A stretch of DNA of 64,000 nt from the human T2T-CHM13v2.0 reference genome, Homo sapiens. How positions within the stretch are numbered: the first letter of the stretch is position 1; each line of letters begins with the position of its first letter. Positions 48,800-64,000 of this stretch are shown here, one piece after another. The position numbers were made by a program, and so were the translations under genes. Below the pieces are notes generated by a model. It had not been told where the DNA came from, made no database searches, and was given only the letters and a program-made list of their open reading frames with translations. The stretch is from NCBI RefSeq assembly GCF_009914755.1, contig NC_060936.1; one strand, given 5' to 3'.

Positions 48800-49689
48800 C
48801 ATTTGGATACCATTTTAACCTCTCAGTTAGATCATCTAACATTGACCTAAAGTTGATAGTTAACCTGTTTCCTATTTTTAAAGATAAAAGCCTCTTAATA
48901 TAAACTCTTTCCTGACCTGGAAAGACACCTGGAAGCTGTTGAAATATTTTCCGGCCTTTTTGAAAGGCACATATTTGTCTGTGTAGTCCTACTCTGCATC
49001 AGAACATAAGGATAAAAAACCCTGAAGGTCTTCTAGGTATGCATAGACAGTGAAAAAGTTTGTAAAGGGACAGTTAGCTAATGCATGGTCCAGGAAAAGC
49101 CTGCAGCTGCCTCTAAAACAAATGAAATTGAAAAGGAACTTTCTGGTGATGTCAGCTGGAAAAAACAACTGAGAATCATCTTTGTTTTCACCTTTCTTTG
49201 AAAGCTAGAGCATATTTTATGGAACAAGTAGCTTTTTGATTGTATCTAAGTAAAATTTCTGCATGAATTCTTTGAGATAGTAATAATATGTTTGTGTTGG
49301 ATACTTATTTGTGGTTGGTAGTTCTCCAGTAATTTAGTTGTAATAGCTTTTTAAGGCATCTATGCTGAGACACCTAGTTTCTCCAAATTGTTTCTTTAAA
49401 ATATTGCTTTATAGTTATAACCCTTTTTCAATTGTACATAATACTATTTTCTATTTAGTTATAGATGTCCTGTTTTTTTTTAAAGGGAATTTTTATTGAC
49501 GTGTAACACATACATCAAAGTTTGTAAAAATTGTAAATATACAGCTGGACAAATGATCATAAAGTGAATGCTCCTAGTTAAGCACTATTCAGATTAAGAA
49601 TTAAAATATTACCATAATCCAATTATTTTTATTTCCTCCTTTCTCTACAAAGAAAATCAGTATCTGGACTTTGATAGATGAGACTCAAG

Positions 49690-50420
49690 AAAATTATTCT
49701 TACGAGTTGCAAAGAGAAACGGGGCCTAAATTAAAAACAAAGGAACGGAGTCAAAATGTGTATTGATGGTTACGTTTGTAAGAAGAATAGAGAAGAAGAA
49801 AAAGTAACACATGACTGCCTGGTTTCTCACTTGGGTAATGAGATGGGTGATGTCAATACAGCAGGAGGGGGTCTCAGGTTAGGAAAAGGGGGAGGACATG
49901 ACGAATTCACTCTGGACAGTGTTGATTTTGAGATGTCTTTGGGAAATACAGGTACCTGCATGAGTATGGAGCCTAATGATACCATTAAGGGCTGGAGATG
50001 AATAAGATTTATAGTTATCAGTCTGAAATAGGTGGTTGTAGAAACCATGAAATCAATAGCTAACTCAGAGGAGATAGTGCATGTAGAGTGGGGAGGAGAG
50101 TGGGCCAAACACAAGGCACCAAGATATAAAGGACAAACAAAGGGAGAAGGAATAATAAATGAACTCAGCAAACTATTATCAGAGACGTAGGAAGAAAAGC
50201 AGGACAGAGAACCGTAATCAAACCAACGAGATAAGTATTTTGAGGAAGGAGACACAGCAGTGTTAAAGTTAGAGAAAAGATTTCTTAGAAAAATGTATTC
50301 ATTACATTGGGACATTAGAACCTCATGGTTTCTGTTGAGTAGAAGGGAAAGAAGCCAGATTTCAGTGATCTGAGAAATGAATATACCTTGCTCTTGAGAT
50401 GTTTAGATAAGAAAGAAAAG
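49690..50420 (-). mobile_element. L2 fragments
   Basis: catgactgcctggtttctcacttgggt...gttgattttgagatgtctttggg...gaagccagatttcagtg. Confidence 0.55.
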
Positions 50421-51869
50421 AGAAAAATTGCAGGGCTTAAAGCGACTGAAGGACCAAAGTACATTTAAAAAATTATGGGTGTTTCACTGCACGTAGGCTG
50501 GAAAGTCAGGGCTGTATTGTGGCGGAAGGAACTGGGGCTGGGCTGATCTTGAAGAAAGAGAGGTCAAAAGGTTAATAGATTGAGAAAATTTGAAGCTGTG
50601 CTCAGAGATTGCTAGAAGAGTAGCAATTCTGGCTAATTGCAGGATTCTTTGCTTTCTGTATAATGCTTTTCTGAAATATATGAATTTTTATAGTAGTACA
50701 GTATAGCATTATTCTTATAATCAGCATAGCATTATAATCAGAAAAGCAATAAAGATTAAAATAAAGATGTGATGAAAAACACTGAATTTTCTGTAATGAT
50801 TTAAGAAAATCAGAGGAAGTAAAGTCCTGAAAATATGAAATTAGATGACTGAATATTCTTCCTACACATTTGTTACTTAAATGAAAAATGCTTATTTAAA
50901 AACCAAGAATTAATACTATTTGTGTAAGGCATCATTCTGATTTTTTTAAGTTCATAAAGGAGCATTCCTTGGTAGGAAGACAGTTTTCTAAATATCTAGA
51001 TCATGTAATTCATTAGAAAACACTATTCTAAGAAGACTGCATTGAAGCATTAATCATCTATTATTTTCTTTCTCTGCAAAGTATTATTTGTAGCATAATT
51101 TGCTTGATTCAGTACTATGTTTAATAATTCCAAAAATAACCAATTGATTCTGGCAAAAATTTGACAAGGGAAAGGATTTGGCAGAAAGTAATGTTATACT
51201 TCATGAACTAGTGCCTCGTACCACTCAATCATTTGTTTTCCCTTTGCTAGGTTGTCCCTTTTGGTCTAGCTCTGCAGCTAGAAAATGAAACATGGAAAAT
51301 GACAAACTATTCATTATACATAAATGATGGTAAAAGCAAGACCCTTAAGTAAAGTCACAGAATATTACAAAATCATGCAAAGTTCTAGTGACCTTTCTCC
51401 ACCCTCCTTTCCTTTCCTCTTTCCTCCTTCCTGCACTGGACAGAATTGGGACAGAATGTCCAATGTCCTGCTGAGCAGTGTACTAAGATAATTGTACTAA
51501 ATCTGAAGTAGTCAGGTCCAGCCTTTGCTGTTCTGAGATGGACACTGTGATACCTCCATGATCCCTGTATCCAGGATGGCCAACAGTCTTTATTTTGGTT
51601 GCAACTCTGATCACTTGGTCTTGGCTGCTTGCGGGGACACTGTAACTAATGGGCTGAAAGTAGAAAGAGTGTTGTGATTGTGGTCATGTCTGGCAAAGGC
51701 AGATAGGGTAATGGTGATCTGTAAACTGAAAGGTAAAAATCACAGTGCCTCTGCCCTGGAAGACAGCACACCATGGAGATACTGCTCCTTGGACCAGCAT
51801 AAGCTCATGATGGGCACAGTCTGAGAGGTTTGGGATCAGGGGATCTTCTTGGGTGGGAGAAGATGTGAC

Positions 51870-53960
51870 AGGAAATTCCCTGGATCTGGGCTCAAGTCTT
51901 GGTGCTGCTACCTTCCAACTGTGTGACATTGAGTAATTCATGTAATCTTTCATCAGCAGTAAAGAATGAGGGTAATAATAATTTTCTTTTCTTGTGTATC
52001 AAAGTATTTAAAAGGATTACTTGGTTCTGTATATTGGTGAGACATGCCTTTGTAAACTCTCAAGCACTATTCAAATTAAAAAACATACTAGTAATGGCAT
52101 AGCTATGACATTCACAATTAGCATTTATTGCATTTTGCATTAAATTATAGCTATATGAGGGTTACATAACAAGTGCTTTGAGAGATCATTTCCTGTTGAA
52201 GAGGCAAGGAAGGCTTCATGGAAAAGACAGTGTTTCAGCTGGCCCTTGAAGTTTAGATAGGAATTTGGCAGTTGCAGATAGAAAGACTCTTCCAGTAGAG
52301 AAAACTGTGTGAGCCAAGGCCTAAAGTAAAGAAAATACAAACTATTTAAATAATAAACAAACCATGGAAGTTTATATGGTTCTTTATGATTTGCAATGTA
52401 TTTTCACTGATTGGGAACAATAATTAATGCAATTTTTCTATAGCATGGAGTGGAGATAGATACAGGCTGGAGATAGATAAGGTTGGAGATCAGTTTAGGA
52501 TCATATTTTGAAGAAATGTGAATGCGTTTTAAAGAAATTTACATAGAAATGGACATCTAGATAAAAAATAGAATGACAAGAGATTCAAATTCTTAGTTGT
52601 TACAGTGGAAATACAGTATTGATTTTGTATGTTGATAGGTTATATGTTTCACAGGTTTTATTTACACCTCTTTTCTAAGATACTTTCTTATAACTGCACA
52701 ATTTGCAAGTCTTTAACGATGCCTTTTGTACCTAATCCTTCTTCTTTACCTGGGTATATGTGCTTCGTACCTTGGTACTTTGCCAAAGGGCTGCCAGATT
52801 CACTTACTGCTCTGATCATCCCATTTCAAACTCCTGCAAGGATTTTCCATTGCTTTCTAAATAAGGTTTGGACTTCTTAGCTTAGCATTCAACTTATCCC
52901 ACTGCAACTTGCCTTTCAAGTCCCATCTCTGATTATTCTGACCCTGTATTTCAACCATTCTGTTTTCTTTCTCTCTTCTCAAAACACAGCTTGACCATTC
53001 ATGCCATTCTCACCTATCCACACAGTCCCTTCACGTATGTCTAAGTTGTACCTATTATTTAAGAATGAACTCAAATGCTAGTTGCTTCCCTGGCTCTCAC
53101 ACCTGGAATTGATTACTCTTGCCTTTAACCCATAATAGCAAACACTTATAGTTAGCTTACTATGTGCTCGGCACTATACTCAACCCTTTACATAAATCAA
53201 CTCATTTCACCCTCACAATGCCTTCTATAAGTCAGATATAATTGTTTCTAATTTACAGATGGGAAAACCAAGTCATATCACCCAAGGCTACACAGCAAAT
53301 AACTGGTGCAGTTGTCTAACTGAGACACATTGACATCAGTATTTGTGCTGCTAAATGCTATGTTATGCTGTCTCTTCTGCAGTCTTCTTTCTTATGAAAC
53401 TTAATATTTCTCATTTGTTTGCTTGTAGATTTACCCTACTTGTCTGCTTTTCCTGATCCCAGGCCTTTTACCTTGGTGAATTCACCTGTAGCAATTGGAA
53501 ATGCATTTATTATGAGAGAACTCTGATATCCTGTTCTGATGATGGCCAAAGTCCTCGTAATTTTTGTCGTAGTCTCATCTTGGTCCTTAACTCTTGCTCC
53601 GTGGCTGCATTTACCTTACCTTTGTCTTTGTCTCATATTTTGGCATTTGTATTTGCTTCTTGTACCTGTTGACAAATTTAATTTCTCATATTTTTTCTTC
53701 TTTTCTTTGGGCACATTTTGAGACATTTCGGCCCTTCTTAAGTTGCTGTTATATCTGGCTCTAGCCCACAGATCCTGGGCTGACACGGGCCCACATGGCT
53801 GGCACTTTCTCCTCATCTTTTCTTGGGAGAAAGAGTAAGAATCTGCTAGACTACACATTTCTAAAGGCAGGGATTGTGTCAGCCTTGTTTCCCACACAAT
53901 AAGGATGGTGTTTTGTACTTAGAAGCTCAATAATCTTTTGCTGAATGAAAGAATGAGCAA
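51870..53960. mobile_element. Mixed MIR and L2 fragments
   Basis: MIR at about 51880-52080 (+) and 53135-53370 (-); L2 at about 52160-52330 (-), 52780-53130 (+) and 53845-53960 (+, ending ttgctgaatgaaagaatga). Confidence 0.5.
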
Positions 53961-54129
53961 ATGAAAGAGGCCACTGTCTGCATAGTCTTCCTTGACTGCC
54001 AGTTGAAACTTCTCTGAGGAGTTTCACTCTTAACCTATTTCTTGTGTTACCTTTATGTTTAACTCAGATTCAGCCTCAGGTCTCCAAATCTTGAAGATCC
54101 TGGTATTAGAAAGCGGAGTTAAAATAGCA

Positions 54130-55670
<1,541 letters not shown>

Positions 55671-56448
55671 AAGAAGAAGGTAGATTTTGAGCTAGGTCTT
55701 TAAAGACAGGTGGGACTAAACAGGCAGAGATAATAGAAGCTAAATAAGGTAAATAAATTAAGATAGTGTGAAAAGGTATGTTTCCCTAACATGTGCTGAG
55801 AGAGGTAGGAGCCCAAGAATAATGCTTCTTATTCATTTTCCTCAGGGCAAATTTCTCTTAAGTTGTGCATATTTTGGGTGCTGTTCACTGTGTCTGCCTA
55901 TATCTGACTTTACCTGGAAGTTCTTAATTCAGGGAGAATCATCATTTGGGCATTAGTTATATCTAAGGCTCATTAGTGTAAGTCATGGTCTAGAGGGCAA
56001 AAAAGTACCTGCCTAGGGCCAAAAAGCTTCGATACTTGGGTTTCTTATATTTAAACATCAACTGTTACAGAATGGAGTATTTTGATTTGGCTTTGAAATG
56101 ACAGGTTATGTTCTATTGTTTTAAAGAAAAAAAGCATTGCTATAAGCAATCTACATACAGGTTTATGTAATAATGAATGCAGGTACATGTATAACAAATT
56201 TCATCAGGTGTTTTACTGTTGGATTGTTCATTTAATCATCAATTCCACGTCATTAGGAATTGGTAAATATTTTTATTTATGGTTTGCAAGAGACAAGGCT
56301 TTGACATTGTTATGGTTCTTTTAGGCACAATATCTTCTCCTTGAGTTTTGTGCTCAATCCTACTGAACCGCTTATGTGATTTCCCTTCATGTTACAGCAG
56401 AAATAGACCTCACATGCGGGACTATCAGAAGTTGTTATGTTGCCTTAG

Positions 56449-58586
<2,138 letters not shown>

Positions 58587-59039
58587 AGAAAATAGGGCTT
58601 CTTCATTAAGATGCAACTTTTATCTGATGGAATATTGTCTTGATAGAGCAAAAACACTTGTTGCCATCTGCTAGAACATTATATTAATAACTCAGCCAAC
58701 TATGTGAATGATGGCCTCTAGGGTTACACAGTGCACATTGCACAATTGTATCCAATTATCCTTCAAAAGCACAATGACAGCAAACAGCAAATGGAGCAGC
58801 CTACCTGGGTCAATTTCTTTGGAGTCATTGGGATTAAGAGGAGTAGAGTTGTATCCTTTAGATGTGTCAAAGGGCAAAGACAAGATGGAAAGCCAGAACT
58901 TGAGTCTCAGTATTACAGGATACACAGAAAATAAGAGCTAAATATGGGACCAAATGGGGGACTAGGATATTGAAGTTGCCAAAAGCCAGGAGTTGGGTAG
59001 ACAAATGTAATTCATTTATGCAGAAATTTTGAATAAGGA

Positions 59040-59745
59040 ATGTAGCTTGCCCATTTATCCCTGAATTCCATCTTTGCTCAGCTACTGCTGCAGCCATCTC
59101 CATTCTTTCCCCACTCTCCTGAGTCATTTCCACCAGCAGACCCACCTGTTGTAATCCCGTCTTACAAATTCCTCCCTTGATCCCACGTCTTTTAGATTCT
59201 GCCACATTTCTCCACTCCCTTTTATAGCAAAAGTCCTCCAAATAGTTGCCTGTATGTACAGTTTCTACCTTCACACTCTTGAAAGCATACCAGCCAGCAA
59301 AATCTTTCTTAGGAAGTCAGCAATGACCTGCATGTTGCCAATCAAATGGATCCACTCTTAGTCTACATGTTCTTGAACCATCATGTGTAGTTAGCATATC
59401 TGACCACACTCTCCTTGGAACAATTTATTTTTAAACTTCTCAGCCACCACAGTCTCCTACTTTTCTTCCTGTTTCGTCGATCCTTTCCTTCTCAACTTCC
59501 TTTCCTGACTTCCCCTGCTCTACTTCACCTCAAATTTTGGGGTACTCCAGGATTTGTGTCTGGCCCTTTTCTACTCTCTGCATACATTTTCTCCAGTAAT
59601 TCCATCTCAATCACTTTCTAAGTGATTTCATCCAGCTTTGTAGCTTTAAAATATCACTCATGATTAACTCCCAAGTGTATACACCTGGCCCACACATGGA
59701 TTCCCTACTGCCTATGTGCCCATGTAACAGGCATCTCAAATAGCC
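59040..59745 (+). mobile_element. L2
   Basis: caatgacctgcatgttgccaatcaaatgg...tgaccacactctccttggaac...caggcatctcaaa. Confidence 0.65.
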
Positions 59746-59829
59746 CAGCAGGCAGGGGACTGGACACAGTACTAATTGCAGCCTGTGCCCTATTTTTCAA
59801 CCACTCTGGCAATACTGGTGAAGGAATGA

Positions 59830-60000
59830 ATAATAATAATAACAATATTCAGTGCTTACTTTGTCCTGGGTACTTTACATATAAAAATATTTAATCCTCA
59901 TAGCAAATCAATTAGGTAACATCATTATTTTCATCTCTGATTTACATAAGAGGAAATCGAGGCTCAGAGAGGTTCAAGCCCAATGGGCAGGGCCAGTGTT
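59830..60000 (-). mobile_element. MIR
   Basis: atttaatcctcatagcaa...tttacataagaggaaatcgaggctcagagaggtt. Confidence 0.8.
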
Positions 60001-60013
60001 TGAATGGAATAAT

Positions 60014-60297
60014 CAGAAATTAGCAAACATTTTTTGTAAAGGGTCCATTCATAAATATTTTCAGCTGTGTGGTGCATTCTGCCTCTATTGCTATAACTCA
60101 CATTTGCTCTTGTAGTGTGCAAAGCAGTCACAGACAATATGTAAATGAACACAAAGTTGTGTTCCAGTAAAACTTTATTTATGAAAACCAGTGGTGAGTC
60201 ACATTTGACCCACATGTGACCCACTACCTGATTTCATTAATAAAGTTTATGAAACTTTATTTATGATTGTAATAAAGTAGTAGATTGCCAACCACTG
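60014..60297 (+). mobile_element. MER58-like hAT MITE with an internal templated insertion
   Basis: cagaaattagcaaacattttttgtaaaggg...gcagtcacagacaatatgtaaatgaa...tgttccagtaaaactttatttatg...tagattgccaaccactg. Confidence 0.8.
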
Positions 60298-60671
60298 CTT
60301 GAAACCATTATTCTTGTATTGCTTGGATTAAATGAATGACTGAACAAGTGAAAGGACCAATGAATGAATGAATGACTCCTCTTTGGTCTCCTCAATCCTC
60401 TCATGGGTATTCAGAAGATTGTTACAGAATCACATTACTACCAAGGGTGAAAACACCACAATCTGTCTTTAGGGTGAAATGAGGAATACATGAATGACAA
60501 ACCTTACAGGTTTACTGTTTCGGCTCCTGAGTTGGGTCAGGTCAGCAGTGTTCTAGCTCCCTGAGGCTCTACTTCTATGACAAAGAACTGCAAACTATAA
60601 CTTTCTATTTGGGGATCCTTTTCCCCCTAGGGGAAAATATATGTGAAAAGAGCTTGAAATGATTGTGGAAA

Positions 60672-60746
60672 GAGCTTGACTTTGGAGTTAGACTAAGTTC
60701 ACATATCATGAGCTTGACTTGGAGTTAGACTAAGTTCACATATCAT
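60672..60746. repeat. Tandem duplication (38/37 bp) within a MIR (about 60660-60910)
   Basis: gagcttgactt(t)ggagttagactaagttcacatatcat x2, differing by one T. Confidence 0.93.
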
Positions 60747-61292
60747 TTTTTTCCCGCTTTTTAACTTCTCTGAGGTTCCATTTCCTGATCTGTAAAATAG
60801 GGATAAGAATACATATGCTGCAAGATTGTATCAGTACTGAAAGGGGTTAGGGTTCATTTGCCCAGCATAGTGTCTTGATCTGGTAGGTCCTAATCACAAA
60901 TAGTAGCCACCGTCGTTAAGTCCTATCATAACCCTTTAATAACCACTTTAAGGGACAGCAGTATGTAGGGCTGCTCAGAAAGCAAAATGTCTGTCTAGAG
61001 TGAATTTAATTACAACATCAACTTGCATCCTCACAGCAGCAACTTCACATGGGGATTGTTCGTCTGCACTGGTGGATTTCTGATCTCTAGTAGCGCTGAG
61101 GTAAATGTACAAGGCTCTAAAGTTCCCATAAGCACATTTTCTCAGGTCAGTCTTTGCCATTTAAATGCAAAGCATGCAATCCTCCCTCCCTCAACACACA
61201 CACCAGAGAATTTCTCTATTTATTATGTTTTACGTTAATTTGCCATTGTTTGGGAGTACACAAGGTGTGACAGCCTGATTACTAAGTCAGAT

Positions 61293-61727
<435 letters not shown>

Positions 61728-63350
61728 TGACAGAAGAGCTAATCACCCAAGAGGAGTGTTTGAGCAAGGGTATTCTTCCTCTGGTGGTTGGCTGTGAGGC
61801 TGGGGAGGAAAGCATTACAGGTGTTTTCCATGGTTGCCAATTTCCCTAATGTCTTGGGTGCTGCAAACTGATTTTCCTCTGCCAGCACTTTTAGTTTACA
61901 AGATGATTCTTGCATAAAACCCTGCTGGTTACATTTATGAGAACATATGCAAAATTAAACCAGTGACCCAGTAGTCAAATAAAATTTCCCATAAATTGTT
62001 GAGCTTGTTCTTTGCTTTTCTTAAAGCAAATGAGCACTTTGTCTATTAATTTTCCAAATAAATGCTCTTGTAACAAATATAAGCTTTATGGGTCCAGAAT
62101 GGGGTGCAAGCAACAAAACTGCACCCTCCCAGTGAGATCAAAGACCTCCCTCTGTTTACTGGACACAGGTTAGGGCCCCCATGCCTGGTTCTACTAACAC
62201 AGGCCCAGCATCTGTGGCAGCACCTCGGGACATTGCTTACTACGCCAGGGCTCAGAATAAATTGGACATAAGGTCTCATGATAATTTCACTTCACCCAGG
62301 CAGGACTCAGGTAGAACCTGCTCCATATGGTGACTTGTGTTAAGCAAATAAGATGCCTTATTTAGCACCAACAGGAGCCTCTGCATTTCTTCCTGGGTGC
62401 ACTAGTAAAGAACACAGATGTCAGTCAACACTCTGTTAAGATACTGGGGGAAGAGAGAATGAGAATATAAATGCATAGAATGTCTTTAATTGTGCTATCC
62501 AACCAGATTTTTCACAGAACTTTTGGCTCATGGTAAAATCTTGGGATTCTACCATTCTAGTCACTTTTGAGGAGTTCTTGCATTTGTTGTTACCACCATC
62601 ATCATTATCAATCATTTAATGAACTAACCTGTAAGGTGTTATGGCAGGAACTGTGGAGGATCCCCAAAAAGAAATAGGAGACATAATCCTTGCCAGAGAT
62701 CCCATCCTCACCTAGGAATGGCCATTGCTGAGTGGGGGCTGGGGAGGCTGCAGGAAGATGATAGTGAGAAGGGAGCTCTTTAGCTCCTTGAACTCAGATA
62801 ATTTGGGATTTTGGGACATATCTCCAAGAATCCTATTTACGCAGAACACACATATCTCTTTGGAGACCTGGGTGGGGAAAAGGGGACTGTGGTACTGGTG
62901 AGTCAGGGTTCTAAGCCCTTGAGTATTTCTAAGGCTGTTGAATGAACACCAAAGTGAAAGAAATATCTCTAGTGTGAGGCAGCATATCCCGTGTATGTAG
63001 GTGTGCCCATGGGTGGCACCCAGCAGGAAGCTACATTCTGGCATTTGCTATCTGGCATTTGAGTCTATACCTGATGGTTAGGGACTAGCCTACTGCAAAC
63101 AATGCTTTGATCATGAATCAGCCTCAAGTTGGCCTGGGGCCTTTTCCTTCATTCAGTTTTTCATAACATTTCCTACATCTCGCACAGAAAGATAAGACTT
63201 TCAGGTGCCTTTTACAGCAGGGAGCTGATGTGCTCAAGCACAAGAGTAGAACGTTTCCCAGCCGTTCACCCTTAGAACTAACTTTGAAATGACAAGTTCT
63301 TTCTTTTTTTTCATTTTTTCTATCTCAGCATTTATAATACTTCCTTGCAC

Positions 63351-63501
63351 TTCTGATTTTAATCTTTCTAATAGATTATACACTTCTTGAGGACAGGAAC
63401 TATACCTGTTTTCTCTGCTGTATATTCTGATTTTGACCTTCTTTCTAATAGATTATAAACTTCTTGAGGACAGGAACTGTACCTCTTTTCTCCACTGTAT
63501 A
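63351..63501. repeat. Diverged tandem duplication (~75 bp x2) of an L2 3' fragment
   Basis: ttctgatttt..tctttctaatagattata(c/a)acttcttgaggacaggaact(a/g)tacct..ttttctc..ctgtata at 63351-63424 and 63425-63501. Confidence 0.9.
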
Positions 63502-63659
63502 GACCCAGTGCCTAGTAGAGGGGAATCCTCTTCCTCCCATTCAGTATGAATTAGCATTTAGGAAGCCTTCCCAGAATATGTAAAGGAGGCACTTCAGCCC
63601 CATTCTCCCCGATTCTTCTCGACAAGTGAATATTTCTACATTAGGACATGCAATTAAAT

Positions 63660-63740
63660 GTGCACATGTACCCTAAAACTTAAAGTATATTAATAATAAA
63701 ATTAAAAAAATCAATCAATAAATAAAAATAAATAGATAAA
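63660..63740 (+). mobile_element. Ultra-short L1PA 3' terminus with A-rich tail
   Basis: gtgcacatgtaccctaaaacttaaagtata plus tail; TSD aattaaatgt at 63652-63661 and 63741-63750. Confidence 0.9.
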
Positions 63741-64000
63741 AATTAAATGTCAGCATGAATTGAGGAAACAAGGAATGCATTGATTCTTGATTCTAAAATT
63801 ATCATATGGCAATAGCATGGCTTTGCTTTCATAGTAAGCTTGATTAATATTAATCAGCTTCTCTCTCCAGAATGCATTTCAATTAATGGAAGGAGAAGAA
63901 ACTCTCAAGTGTATTGGATGAGGGACAAACTGGACTGTTAACGTTTCAACTGAAGAATTTACAAGTATGTGAAAATCTACACTATATATGCCTTGATAGA

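Noticed and set aside
49827-50315. 162-aa minus-strand ORF
   Set aside because: Lies in a degenerate L2 remnant; a chance open frame.

Overview
This is primate (most likely human or great-ape) non-coding DNA, about 40% GC and CpG-depleted. It looks like the inside of large introns and is dominated by Alu, L1, L2, MIR, MaLR/ERVL LTR and DNA-transposon remnants. All long ORFs in the track belong to L1, Alu, Tigger or microsatellites. I see no intact cellular gene, RNA gene or CRISPR array. Host-gene clues are a well-formed 18-nt plus-strand microexon candidate (13631-13648) and a near-consensus REST/RE1 site (45591-45611), which together suggest a neuronal gene transcribed on +. I cannot name the gene. 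The most unusual structure is 17704-19080. Its internal 30-bp inverted repeat, nested target-site duplications (TSDs) and poly(A) signal resolve it as a twin-primed, 5'-inverted L1PA 3' transduction. It carries about 1.25 kb from another locus, including an older L1MA with its own TSDs, and sits in the A-tail of an Alu. Other notable items are an ~86-bp twin-primed L1 with a perfect 17-bp TSD (48714-48799), a 58-bp local templated copy of a THE1 LTR inside a MER33-like element, a fold-back templated insertion in MER58, several ultra-short L1 insertions and short tandem duplications. Repeat subfamily names come from my recall of consensus sequences, and boundaries of old repeats are approximate.
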